Assembly: GCF_030684315.1 (NCBI RefSeq)
Contig: NC_081401.1
Location: 3,668,582-3,732,581 of the forward strand
Reading direction: 5' to 3'
Source of the DNA: Stegostoma tigrinum
Lineage: Eukaryota
Length of the DNA stretch: 64,000 nucleotides
The notes beneath the pieces are model-generated. The model saw nothing but the letters and a program-made list of their open reading frames with translations, was not told the DNA's origin and searched no databases. Shown piece by piece: positions 12,530 to 24,560 of this stretch (position 1 is the stretch's first letter; each line of letters begins with the position of its first letter). A program made the translations under genes and the position numbers.

Positions 12530-14090
12530 CTGAATATACTGTGGATGCTGTAAATCAGGAACAAAATCAGAAGTTGGCAGAGTAGCTGAGCAGATTTGTC
12601 AGCATCTGTGAAGAAAAATCAGATTTGAAGTTTCAGGTGCAGTGACCCTTTCTCAGAATGCTGACGGGACCCGAAATGTTAACTCCGATTTTTCTTCACA
12701 AATGCTGCCAGATCTGCTGAGCTTTTCCACCAACTATTGTTTCTGTTCCTGATTTACGGCATCTATGGCTCTTTCGGTTTTCATTGAGTATTTAACTCAC
12801 GGCTACATCTCTATTCGGCATGCCCACCTTGAAGAAGTTCTGCTCCGCTCTCCGACGGGATTACCATTCCAAACTTTCTTCTTGTCCACGCACGTATTTG
12901 AGCAGGCAGTTGCTAAAATTCGTTTCCACAGCCATTTAATTTTCATCAGTGTCTGCCTCCCGTTCAGACTCACTCCACCTGTCTTCCAAATGATCTTTCA
13001 CCCCGCGTGCTTTGAATCCAATCAGGATCACAGGTAACTCCGTGATGTTCAATGCTCCACAAGCAGTTGCTCTGGCGGCATGCTGAGATTCACACTCTGT
13101 GCCATGAGGATTCACGTGCACACTTTCGACTTGTCTCTCCAGCAATATCGCATCACGCTGGCTCAGGACTCCACTACTCAACAGTTACACTTCGTCGTCA
13201 GCCTCATTCACTGGGCTAACCAGAAATTTTTATTTTCTTTGGCTTTGAGGCATCAAGGCACACAAGTTGTAACCACTCACTGGGACCCATAGCCCTCTGA
13301 AATCTTTCTCCCATTCACTACCCTGACTCCTATCAAACCCACCTCCTGTCGGGTGTTCTCTATTCCACTTCACCTTCCAGTCTCTAGTGCTGAACGTTCT
13401 GGGCTCAGCTTTATGCCTCTGCGTCCCCACCCAAATGCATTTCGGAAAACGTCATGACGTCAAACTCTTCTGTCAGCTCTGCCCCCGTGTCCATTTCTTT
13501 GAACAACAGTCTCCTCCACGTCCCCAATCCCTTTGTCCAGCTCCAACACGTTTCCTCCACCTGGATCCCTTCCTCTGGCATTTTATCTGCACTTGATCTG
13601 TTCCTTGAGTACTGTCGATTTGAAATTGGTCACCTCAATTTATCTGACCCCTCCCCTTTCCCAAACAAACCTATCTTCCTTTACACTGACTGCACTCCAT
13701 GCGCTAAGACACAAACCTGACCTATAAAAAAAAAAGTCTGTTGATAAGGGTGGTGTTGTAGACTGGCTTATTGGTGGCTACATTGGGAGACTGAGAGCCA
13801 GAACTTGGATACTGCCTCCTAACCTCCCCTGGACCATAGCCCCAGAATGGTACATCAGGCCATTGTATCAACTACGGTAACTCTCCACATTTCATCAGGT
13901 GATTTCATCCCCCTCTTGAACCCACCCACGTCCAATGCCTGCAAGCTGATCGTCCCGCAACGCCACAACAATCGCTTCTCCTGGGTCTGAGGAATGGTAA
14001 CCCAGTGCGAAGCGTTAACACTGATTTTTCTACACAGATTCTCCCATACTTGCTGAGATTTTCCAGCAACTTCTGGTTTTGTTCTAATCT
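12530..14090 (+). mobile_element. Penelope-like element (family 2): inverted plus direct 5' pseudo-LTR, degraded N-terminal ORF, internal deletion, 3' pseudo-LTR
   Basis: Palindrome at 12530-12782. Degraded ORF text KIRFHSHL..LRFTLCAMRIHVHTFDLSLQQYR and LRHKPDL..DKGG. Terminal repeat at 13986-14090 with a decayed CTGAGGA..CGAAGCGTT motif. Confidence 0.7.
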
Positions 14091-15056
14091 ATGCATTGTG
14101 TGCAAGCAACTGCGGCTGCATAATCTATCTCAATTCTGTCTTCAGATGAGGTTCACAAAGTCATACTTGTTCAAACTTTTGCAGGCTACGTTCAGTAAAT
14201 ATTTTCCTAAGCTCTCTAAATATTGTCAGCCATGTTCTTCTGGGCAGACATCGATCATTTCTTGATGCTCAGTCAAAAGCATCTCGAAAATTCAGAGATG
14301 GAGAGATATGTAATTCAGAAGGGTTATTGCCTGAAACGCTGGTATTATGTGGAATGCATTGTGAGACGATCCGTGCTCTATCATAAAAAAAATGAAGTTG
14401 GAGAGATCGGTGCAAAATGGTGGTGATGGTGGGAGCAAGAGAGAAATTCCATGTTCCAGAAATGCAGTTTATCCTTAGTAATGATGTTGCTGAGTCATCG
14501 ACGAAAGTGATGTCTACTGGTTTGAAAAGTCAGTGGAAAATGACGCAAGTGCATTGTTAAAAGAAGTATATAGTGGGAATTTTTCTCACAGACTCGTAGC
14601 AAGTTCTCGTCACATTCGGAAACAGAAGTAAAACCAAAGAACAAATGTATAGAATTTGAGCTTCATTTTTCAGAAGATGTGTTTGATCAAATAGCTGAAA
14701 AGAAAAGAAAAGAAAGAAATGTGGAGGATAAATTGGATATTTTTCTTTGAGAGAAATGACATGAATTACAACAGAAATATCCAAAGTGTAGGCAGTTATA
14801 TCAGAAAATATATGCAGAAGTTGAATAAATGACGCTATGATGAGGAAACTGAGATAACCATCTATTTAGGTCAATGAAAATGGGCAGATGTTCATCAAGT
14901 GGTATTACCAGTGGACTTATAGAAAGAAGTTGCTGCAGATCCCTGCCCAAAAAGAAAGAAGGCTGAAAAAAAAGTGAACAAAAAATCTGAATTGTTCTCT
15001 ATTCTCACCTCCAATAGAATGACATACCAATGTTAAATAGACACATCTCAACAGTT

Positions 15057-16163
15057 CGTGCAACACATCCCTCAAACCACACCCCCACAATAACCGACCT
15101 CAGAGAATCCCCCTCCTCCTCACATGTCACCAACCGCCGGGTACAACGCATCATCCTCTGACACTTCTGCCATCTACAATCTGCCCCCATCACCCCAGAC
15201 ATTTTTCCATTCCCACCCTTGTCTGCCTTCCAGAGAGACCACTCTCTCCGTGATTTCCTCGTGCGCTCCACCCTCCCCTCCAACCTCACCACACCCAGCA
15301 CCTTCCCCTGCAACCGCAGGAAGTGCTATACTTGCCCTCACACCTCCTCATTCACCCCCATCCCAGGCCCCAAGATGGCTTTCCAATATTAAACAGATGT
15401 TCACCTGCACATCTGCCAATGTGGTATATTGTATCCACTGTACGCGGTGTGGCATCCTCTACATTGGGGAAACCAAACGGAGGCTTGGGGACGGCTTTGC
15501 AGAACACCTACGCTTGGTTTGCAATAAACAACTGCGCCTCCCAGTCTCAAACCATTTGAACTCCCTCTCCCATTCCTTAGACGACATGTCCATTATGTGC
15601 CTCCTGCAGTGCCACAATGATGCCAATCGAAGGTTGCAAGAACAGGAGCTCATATTCCACTTGGCAACCCTGCAGCCCAATGGTATCAGTGTGGACTTTA
15701 CAAGCTTCAAAATCTCTACTCCCCCACTGCATCCCAAAACCAGCCCAGATCAAGCCCTCTCCCCACTGCATCACAAAACCAGCCTAGCTCGTCCCCACCT
15801 CCCTAACCTTTTCTTCCTCTCACCTATCCCCTCTTCCAACCTCAAGCCGCACCTCCATGTCCCTCCTACCAACCTCATCCCACCTGCTTGATCTGTCCGT
15901 CCTTTCTGGACTGACCTATCCCCTCCACACGTCCCTGTCTATACTGTCCTCTCCTCCTATCTTCTCCTCTATACATCCTCGGTCCCCCTACCCCTCTCTC
16001 CCTATTTATTTCAGAACCCTCTCCCTATCCCCCTCTCTGATGAAGGGTCCAGGCCCGAAACTTCAGCTTTTGTGCTCCTGAAATTCTGCTTGGCCTGCTG
16101 TGTTCAGAGAGCTTCACACTTTGTTATCTTAGATTCTCCAGCATCTGTAGTTCCCATTATCTC
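15057..16163 (+). mobile_element. Penelope-like element (family 1), 5'-truncated, with Cys linker, GIY-YIG endonuclease and 3' pseudo-LTR
   Basis: CNRRKCYTC linker; NVVYCIHCTRCGILYIGETKRRLGDGFAEHL. Hammerhead motif at 16037-16064. Probable TSD cacatctcaac(a/c)gtt at 15042-15056 and 16168-16182. Confidence 0.92.
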
Positions 16164-16899
16164 TGTTCACATCTCAACCGTTGTTCTGTTAAGATCAGTT
16201 TCACTAATCCACAAAACGGTGAGATGCATTACATGAAAGGTTCATTGGAGCAAAGACTTGCAGTTGATATATTTGTACAAGTGATTCAGAACACTTATGA
16301 TCATAAAATACACCATCTTACAATGCTGTAACATTCAAACAGGTCTTCATTCAACTGAAAATCAGAACAGGATATGACAACAGAGGTGACAAAAGCAGAC
16401 GAGTTTGAGGACCCAGGTTAAAAAAGCAAAATAGGCGGAGAGAAAAATACTTTAGTGAAGGTCGCTGCAACTGAATACATGGTTGGCTCTGTGGTAGAGA
16501 TGGAGACCAGTCCGGCGTGAGAGGTAAGCCAAGTAACAAGCAACAGCGCCTTTGGAGATTGTTGGGCAACAAAACTGCAGGTGCTTTCAATGTGGAGAAC
16601 AAATTGTGCACAAGAATGAGGGCATGAAATTACCTAAACACAGGCTAATGGGAAAGATTGGAACTGGACGCACTGTATGCATCAGAAAAAAACGCTATAT
16701 CAACAAGATTATGAATACTTTATGAGAGACCTGATTGAAAAAAAGGGGAATTTTCGATTCGAGAGAGCAAATCAGTTTTAAAAAGAATTTCAGTGGAACA
16801 TAGATGGAACCAGGGACAGAAATGTTATGTTCTTAATGTGCTATCTGTAGCGTTGAGGACTTATGGAAATCAGACATCCAACAATGTAGCATTTCTGTT

Positions 16900-19800
16900 T
16901 CCAGCAGCAGGAAGATCGGGAGCTTGCACCAGGGGCCTGTCGGGAAAGGCTGACACACTGATTTAAAACTATAAGCAGCAGGGGCACCTTGGAGAGCAGA
17001 GGTTTCTGGGAAATGAGGGACTTTTATTTTCCCCTCAGCTATGTAAGAGAGTGCTTTCTAAACCCGAGACCCTACCCTTCTACGTCTTCCCACCCATCTA
17101 CCTTCTTGAACCTGATACACCAGGGACAAATCAGGTAAGCTTCTCTTCTTTCTTGTTACTTTCTGATAAGGGGACTGGCGAGGATGGCAGGGCAGGCAGT
17201 GGAATGTTCCTCCTGCATGATGTTTGAAGTGAAGGACGCCATTAGTGTCCCATCCAAGTACATCTGCAGGAAGTGCATCCATCTCTTGCTCCTCCAAGAC
17301 TGCGTTAGGGAACTGGAGCGCGAGCTGGATGGACTTCGGATCATTCAGGATGCAGACTCTGTGATAGATAAGAGCTACAGGGAAGTAGTTATTCTTCGGC
17401 ATGAAGAAAGCTGGGTAACTGTTAGAAGGGGGAGAAGCAGTCAGTGCAGGGATCCCCTGTGGTCGTTCCCTTGAAAAACAAGGAAACCACCCTGGATATT
17501 GTTGGTGGGGCGAATAACCGGGGGCATGCACTGGGGTGCAGGTCTCTGGCACAGAGTGTGTCTCTCTTGCACAGAAGGGAAATGGGGATAGGAGGGGAGT
17601 GTTCGTCATTGGGAATTCAATAGGTAGAGGGTCAGATAGAAGGTTTGTTGGGAACAAAAGAGACTCACGGTTGGTGTGGTGCCTCCCAGGTGCCAGGGTC
17701 AATGATGTCTTGGATCGTCTCTTTGGGGTCCTGAAGGTACCAACGACATAGGTAGAAAGAGGGACAGGGATGTAAGGCAGGATTCCAGTGAGCTAGGGTG
17801 GAAGCTGAGAGCTAGAACAAAGAGTGTTGTTGTCTCTGGTTTGTTACCCATGCCACATGATAGTGAGGCGAAGAAAGGGGAGAGATATCAGCTGAACACG
17901 TGGCTGCAGGGTTGCTGCAGGAAGGAGGGTTTTAGGTATATAGATAATTGGCATTGATTCTGGGAAGGTGGGACCTCAACAAACAGGACAGCCTTCACTT
18001 GAACCAGAGGGGTGCGAATATCCTGGGTGGGAAATTTACTGGTACTATTCGGGAGGAGTTAAACGAGCTCTGCAGGGAGATAAGAATCTCTGGTGTCGTT
18101 CTACTACACAGGAGGATGAGAGTAGGGAGGACATGGGCAGAATTTCACTATCAAAGGAATGTGCTGGCAGACAGCAAGCTGGTTTGAAGCGTTTTAGTTC
18201 AAGGCCAGGAGTATCTGGAATAAGGTAAGTGAGCTTGCAGCTTGGATAGGCACCTGGGATTTCGATGTTCGGGCCATTTCGGGTACATGGAGAGAGCAGG
18301 GTCAGGAATGGATGTGGCAGGTTCCAGGGTTGAAGTCGTTCTTACAGATGAGGGAAGGTGGTAAAAGAGGGAGAGGTGTGACTTTGTTAGTCGAGGGCAG
18401 TATAATGGTGGCTGAAAGATCTTTTCACGAGGACTCGTCTGGGGACGAGATGGTGGAGCCTTTGGCCTTGATCTTTGAGTCGTCATTTTCTACAGGTTTA
18501 GTACCAGAGGACTGGAGGTTTGCAAACGTTGTGCCCTTGTTCAAGAAGGGCAGTAGAGATAACCCAGTTAATTATAGACCTGTGAGCCGTATATCTGTTG
18601 TTGAATAGGTTTTAGAAAAGATTATAAGAGATAGGATGTATGATCAGCTAGCAAGCAACAATTTGATTGGAGACAGTCAGCATGGATTCATCAAGGGCAG
18701 GTCGTGCCTCACAAAACTCGTGGATGAGGGTAGGGCAGTTGACGTGGTGTACATGGATTTCAGTAAAGCCTTTGGTAAGGTTCCCCATGGTAGGCTATTA
18801 GAGAAAATGAGAAGGCATGGGACTGAGGGAGATTTAACAGTGTTTATTAGAAACTGGCTTTGTGTAAGAAGGCAACGAGTGGTGGTTGATGGAAAATTTT
18901 CAGCCTGGAGTCTGGTTACTAGTGGTATGCCTCTTGGATCTGTTTTGGGACCATTGCAGTTTGTTATTTTTATAAATGACTTGGAGGCAAAGGTGGATGG
19001 GTTAGTAAGTTTGCAGATGACACTAAAGCCAGTGGAGAGGTGGACAGTGTGGAAGAATGTGGCAGCTTGCAGTGAGACTTGGATAAACTGTAGAATTGGG
19101 CTGAAAGGTGTCAAATAGAGTTCAAAGCAGATAAATGTGAGGTGATTAACTTTGGGAAGATCAATAGGAAGGCGAATGCTGCGCTAATGGAAAGATTCTT
19201 GGTAGTGTGGATGTGCAGAGGGATCGTGGTGTCCATGTACATAGCTCCCTGAAAGTTGCCACCCAGGTTGATAGTGCTGTTAAGAAGGCATGCACTGTGT
19301 TCGGTTTTCTTGGTAGAGGGATTGTGCTCCAGAGCCGTGGTGTCATGCTGCAACTATACAAACGCTAGTGCGGCCTCACTTGGAGTATTGTGTACAGTTC
19401 TGGTCGCCCCATTACAGGAAGGATGTGGAATCATTGGAAAAGGTGCAGAGGAGATTTACCAGGATGTGGCCTGGTCTGGAGCGAAGGTCTTATGAGGCAA
19501 GGCTGAGGGACTTTGGTCTGTTTTCATTGGAGAGAAGTAGGCTAAGACGGGATTTAATTGAGACATACAAGGTGATCAGAGGATTAGAGAGGGTGGACAG
19601 TGAGAGTTTTTTTTTCATTGGATGATGATGACATCAGTTTGTACAAGGGGGCATAGCTACAAATTGAGGGGTGACGGATGTCAGAGGCAGGTTCTTTGCT
19701 CAGAGACTGGTAAGGGTGTGGAATGCCTTGCCTGCCAATGTGGTTAACTCAGCCACACTCGGGGCATTTAAACAGTCCTTGATAAACAAATGGATCATGA

Positions 19801-19904
19801 TGAGAAACTGCAGGGGAATGGGCTTAGATGAGTTCACAGGTCGGTGAAACATCAAAGGCCAAAGGGCCTGTTCTGCGCTGTGTTGTTCTATGTTCGATGT
19901 TCTA
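16900..19904 (+). mobile_element. CR1 LINE with ORF1 (zinc finger, leucine zipper, SGNH esterase) and internally deleted ORF2
   Basis: 17184: MAGQAVECSSCMMFEV..YICRKC..LQDCVRELERELDGLR. Esterase blocks VIGNSIGRG..CLPGARV and DSLHLN. The endonuclease start jumps to RT at ~18440 (PEDWRFANVVPLFKKG, YMDFSKAF). Tail gttctatgttcgatgttcta. Multiple frameshifts. Confidence 0.92.
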
Positions 19905-21440
19905 ACAAACCGCATTGCATCGCATTTCTCTGCATTTAAATGCATCTGCCAGGTATCTGCTCACGTATCAATATCTCGCAGCATCATCCTCAAAATACAC
20001 TCCTCGAACTTACTCAGTAAAATTAGAAAATTTTCATAACTTGACTTCAACATCCATCTCCAAATCGTTGATTTAAATCAGAAAAAGCAAAGGTCCCAAA
20101 ACTGATCCTTGGGGCGCACCATTTTCAGCTCACCACCAGTCTGAGAAATGTCTTGTGTACCTGTCCTTTGTTTACAGTCTTTTAGCCAACTCTGATCTGT
20201 GCTTCCATTTACCCATGAATCCCAAACATTTCTAAATTTCTAACCATTTTGGTTTGTAACCCCGTATCAAATGATTTCTGACTGTCCAAATATAAACTAT
20301 CCAGAGCACTACCATCATCCATTCCCTTCTTTACTTTGTCAACAACTCAATCAGACTCATTCGGCATTGCATGCCCTTGGCAAGCCAAATAAAAACCTGA
20401 AGAACCGTGGATGTTATAAATCAGGAATGAAAGCAAAGTTGCTGGAAAAGCTCAGCAGGTCTGGCAACATCTGTGGAGGAGAAAACAGAATTAACATTTC
20501 GGGTCCGGTGACCCTTCCTCAGACTGATGAAGCCACATTGGCTGATCAGCATTATCTGATTTTTTTTTCTCTGAGTCTATTTTACCTGACACTGTATAAT
20601 CGCCTGTCAGTTTTTTCCACTCCTGACATGAGGTTTCCTGGTTTATCTTTTTTTTTCAAACAACAATTCCATAGTTACGATCTTCCAGTCTGACAGAAAT
20701 AATCCGTTGCTCGGAGAGGCCTGAAAAATTTCTATCAACGGCTTTGCAATTTGCATACTAACGTTTTTCAGCAATCTAGAATGTGTCTCATCTCTGTCAA
20801 ATGGCTTGTCTCCCTCGTGTGCTTTCAAGCTTATATAACCTCTCCTTCTTGCATTACTCTCGTGCTCAATTGTTCAATACGTATATTTGCGAATGGGCCA
20901 TTGACAACATCTTCTTACTGTTAAAGACAGTAACAAGCATTTGGTTGGTAGCTCTGCAATACAAATTACATCAGTGAGCAGCTTACTCTGCTTGTTTCTT
21001 GTGACACATACTCTATTCTTCAATAATATTTTATTATTAACATGTTTGAAGATTTCATAATTTGTTTTACCACAACCTGACATACTCTCTCTATGCTTTC
21101 TCTTCGCCATCAGCATTCAAGCCTGAGTCACTTTTCCACTTTTGAGAATCTCTTCCTGATTTCTATTGCAATCATCATTCCTGTATGCATCATATCCCTC
21201 AATTGTCTTCCTTACTTTCTTATTAAAGACGTTAAACATCGAGGATACTCGAGCTTTGGATGCCTTGATTGCATTTCTCATGAATATACACCTGTCTATT
21301 CACCTCTCTTTTGAAATTCACCCATTTTCTGACCTTGTCTTATTTGGCAAAACACATTTCCAAGTAATGTACTCTTTGTCAACTTTAAGACAAAGTCTAG
21401 TCTTTTCCTGTCTGACATATGAATCATTGCTTTAGCAACA
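19905..21440 (-). mobile_element. Old CR1 LINE ORF2 fragment (duplication copy A)
   Basis: Minus-strand remnants LNAEKCDAMRF, PQGSVLGPLLF and SDWKIVT..LFEKK. Homologous to 50673-51975. Confidence 0.75.
20388..20523 (-). mobile_element. Short PLE family-2 terminal element with hammerhead motif, inserted in CR1
   Basis: Minus strand CTGAGGA-A-GGGTC-ACCG-GACCC-GAAATGTT at 20522-20493. The paralog at 51151-51277 is flanked by a perfect TSD, TGACAAAGCCA. Confidence 0.8.
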
Positions 21441-21599
21441 TTTAAGAGACATCTGACCAAATACATGAATAAACAGGAAATACAGAGATGTGCAAAAAGT
21501 TATTTTTTGGGGGGGTTTTAAAGATATAATGTAGTCAGCACACTTTTAGTGGGACCAGGGCCTGATTCTGTGCTGTAATCTTCTTTGTTCTTTGACATT

Positions 21600-21830
21600 C
21601 TCACATTGAAACACACAGAGTGATTCACACTCAAACTCACAAATAACACACAAAATGGCAAACTCACATACCTACTCCCAACAACACTCAGGTACACACG
21701 GTAACACACACAGTCAGACACATGCACAATGACGTACTCACAAAGACACACACTCACCATAACACACTTGTACATACACTGGCAAACACGCAATGACACA
21801 CACGGTGAAACACTCACAATGACGCACAGG
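21600..21830. repeat. Degenerate CA-rich low-complexity tract
   Basis: Seen directly. Confidence 0.8.
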
Positions 21831-22122
21831 AGGGTCATTTTTCAACAACTCAACATCTCAGAATAATCGTCACCCATTCAAGATAGAGATTGGAAGCAAA
21901 TTCATCTCTCTTCGAGTACTGAATTTGTGCAAATCTTTCCCATGAAGGGCTGCCTAGGTTGTGTCACTGAGTATATTTCAATCCAAGGGTGAGAGACTTG
22001 TCGTCAGGAAGTGAATCAATCGTAATGGGGAAAAGGCAGGAAAGCCGAATTGAGGATGGTCAGATCAGCCCTGATTTCTTGAATGGCCTGAACAGCCGCA
22101 ATCCAATTCAACGTCTTAGATC

Positions 22123-22300
22123 ATAGATTCCCTACAGTATGGAAACAGGCATTTCGGCCCAACAAGTCCAGACTGAAACACAGAAAATCCCACCCAGATC
22201 CACCCCGCTGTAACTCACGTTATCTACACACCCTTGAACATGGTAGGCAATTTACCAAGGCTAATCGACCTAACCTGCACATCTTTGAACTGTGGGAGGA
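22123..22300 (-). mobile_element. HE1-type SINE 3' half
   Basis: Reverse complement of the SINE tail: 'ccctacagtatggaaacaggc..ggcccaacaagtcca' and 'cctaacctgcacatctttgaactgtgggagg'. Confidence 0.8.
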
Positions 22301-22984
22301 TGGTTATTGGATGCACTGTCCCGAGGACCATATCTCCCAAATAAAAGGAAGAATTCCAAAGAGCAAGAAAAGGAATAAACAAAATGGTGAAGCTGTGTGG
22401 CAGAGTGAGATAACAGAGACATCGTGAATCTACAAGCTGATTATGTTGCTTCGCCTGAACAAAGCTGCTGAAATTTGTGCTGGTAAAAACAAATTACATA
22501 ATTAAAAACACATTTTTACACAAACTGTTTTGAGACCAGTATTGAAAGGAAAGAGATATTCAAAGCTGTGAAGGAAAAGGAGAGACAAGAATTTTAGCAG
22601 TTAACACAATACTTTTAAAATGTTTTTAAAAAAATCCTCCATCAGAGACTGTCCTGAACAATTGAAACCGATGAACGTCAGTTTGAATCAATAGTTGGAG
22701 GAAGGTGAATTAATGGAATTGTTCCTCAATGAGAAGTGGTGAAAATATCTGGAAGTCCAATAAAATATGGAATTTATGGTCATTTGTTGAGAACAATAGT
22801 CTGTATATGTGATAGACGTCTTTCAGTTCACAAGAAGAGGTTACAATAATGAAAGCATATGTACAATCGACATGATAAAGAAACAGATGTGGTATGCAGG
22901 AATCATTTCAGCAAAGATCAGCAGAGCAAAACTTGCAAGTTGCAAACATTACCAGTGTTCCAGCTCAACAAGTGAGAGAAGCAG

Positions 22985-24560
22985 GGAACTCCAGGTGCCG
23001 CAAATGAGGAACAAAAGCAAATTTGTGGGAAAAGCTCAGCGGGTCTGGCAGCATCTGTGAAGGAAAAAACAGAGTTAATGTTTCGTGTCTGGTGGTCCTT
23101 CCTCAAACGTGATGGTGGCTGGGAAACATCAGTTTATATACAGAAAATAGGGAGTCGGGTGGGATTGTGAGTAAATGACAGCATCGAGCCCAAAGAGAGA
23201 GAAAGACAGTTGGACAGACAAAGGAGTTGTTAACAGTCAGGCTGGGAGGGTAGGTAGTCGTTAATGGGGACTGCTAGTGAATATCAATGGGGGTGCGTAA
23301 TAGGAGTATGTGGTAACAAGGCCTGGTGTCGGGGGTTGAGGGGCTGGGACTTGGGGAGATAAGGCCGTGAAATTATTGAACTCAATATTGAGTCTGGTGA
23401 GCTGTCGGGTCCTCAAGCAGAAAATAAAGTGTTGTTCCTACAGCTTGCGTTGGGCTTCAGTGGAAACCTGTAGCAAGCCAGAGACAGAGATGTTGGCAGG
23501 GAGCAGGGGGTACATTGAAATGACAGGCAACGGGTAGTTCAGGGACGTTTTGGCGAGCAGAAGGCTAAGTCTAGAAGGCTGCAGGGTTCCCAACGGAAAA
23601 ATGAGCTGCTGCTATTTCAGGCAGTACTAAGCTTTGCTGGAGCACTGCAACAAATCTGAAGAAGACCTACTGGCCAGAGCATACGGTGGTGGTGTTGAAG
23701 TAGCAAGTAGCAGAAAGTTCGGGGTCAGTTTTTGTACACGTAACCTAGGTGTTCTGAAAGCCATCACCCTGTGTGCACTTTTTTTCCAAAATTTAGAGGA
23801 AAACACGTTCTGAGTACAGTTTCACTGGGAAGGTATGTCTGGGGCCTTGAAGAGCGAAGAGGGAGGATGTACACATGACACCTTCTGCAGATGTGACATT
23901 TACTGCAATTGCACGGACAGTTGCTGTGAGGCTGTTGGGACGTGTTGGGAGTGAAGCAGGAATGGACAAAGGTGTCTTGGAGGGAGTGGTCATTGCGGAT
24001 GATGGACACGGGTGGGGAGAGGATGATGTGACTAGCTGTGGCATACCAGTAGAGATGGCGAAAATGTGGGCTGATGATCACTTGAATATAGATACTGTTG
24101 GGAAGTAGCTGACGGTAAAAGCGACAGTAAAGTTGTTATGGGGGGTGCAAGTTGGGGCGAAGGGAGGGATAAAAGCTGAAGAAAGCTGAGGGCCCTGACA
24201 ACTGCAGTCCTGTAAAATCCTCAATGGAGGACGCAGGTGTACATTTTGGATGCCCCTTTAGCGAAGTCCACATTATCAAAACAGAAATTGCAGAGGCAGA
24301 CAAGCTGGCAGAATGGAAAGTATGGGAATCAGTTGGTTTGTAACAGATGTCCACGGGAAGCTTCTGTCCAGAAACAGAGATGGTGAGCAAGAAAAGCGAC
24401 GGCGAGAAGTTAATAGTGAAAGTGAGAGTGGAAAAGAGCACATCTTTGTCCTTAAGAAAGTGAAATGAGTTAGAATTGTCGTCTTTCAGAGTGAGAGCAA
24501 GCTCAGCCAGGGTAATGAGGATGGTGGTGAATGGGGATGAGAGCTCTCTGAAACCATCCT
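22985..24560 (-). mobile_element. Degraded Penelope-like element (family 2) fragments
   Basis: Minus-strand DICYKPTDSH, FRHL..SHI..RNDHSLQDTFVHS and CNCSKCHIC, plus a pseudo-LTR at 22985-23110. Paralog at 57540-59190. Confidence 0.75.

Noticed and set aside
14140-14790. Hydrophobic short minus-strand ORF as a possible degraded receptor
   Set aside because: No family motif is recognisable, and AT-rich composition explains the hydrophobic translation.
15124-15891. 255-aa ORF as a host gene
   Set aside because: It is a frameshift fusion of an off-frame Pro/Ser-rich stretch with the PLE GIY-YIG domain.
17058-17702. 214-aa minus-strand ORF (likewise 53970-54518 and 18677-19114)
   Set aside because: These are antisense shadows of CR1 coding sequence.
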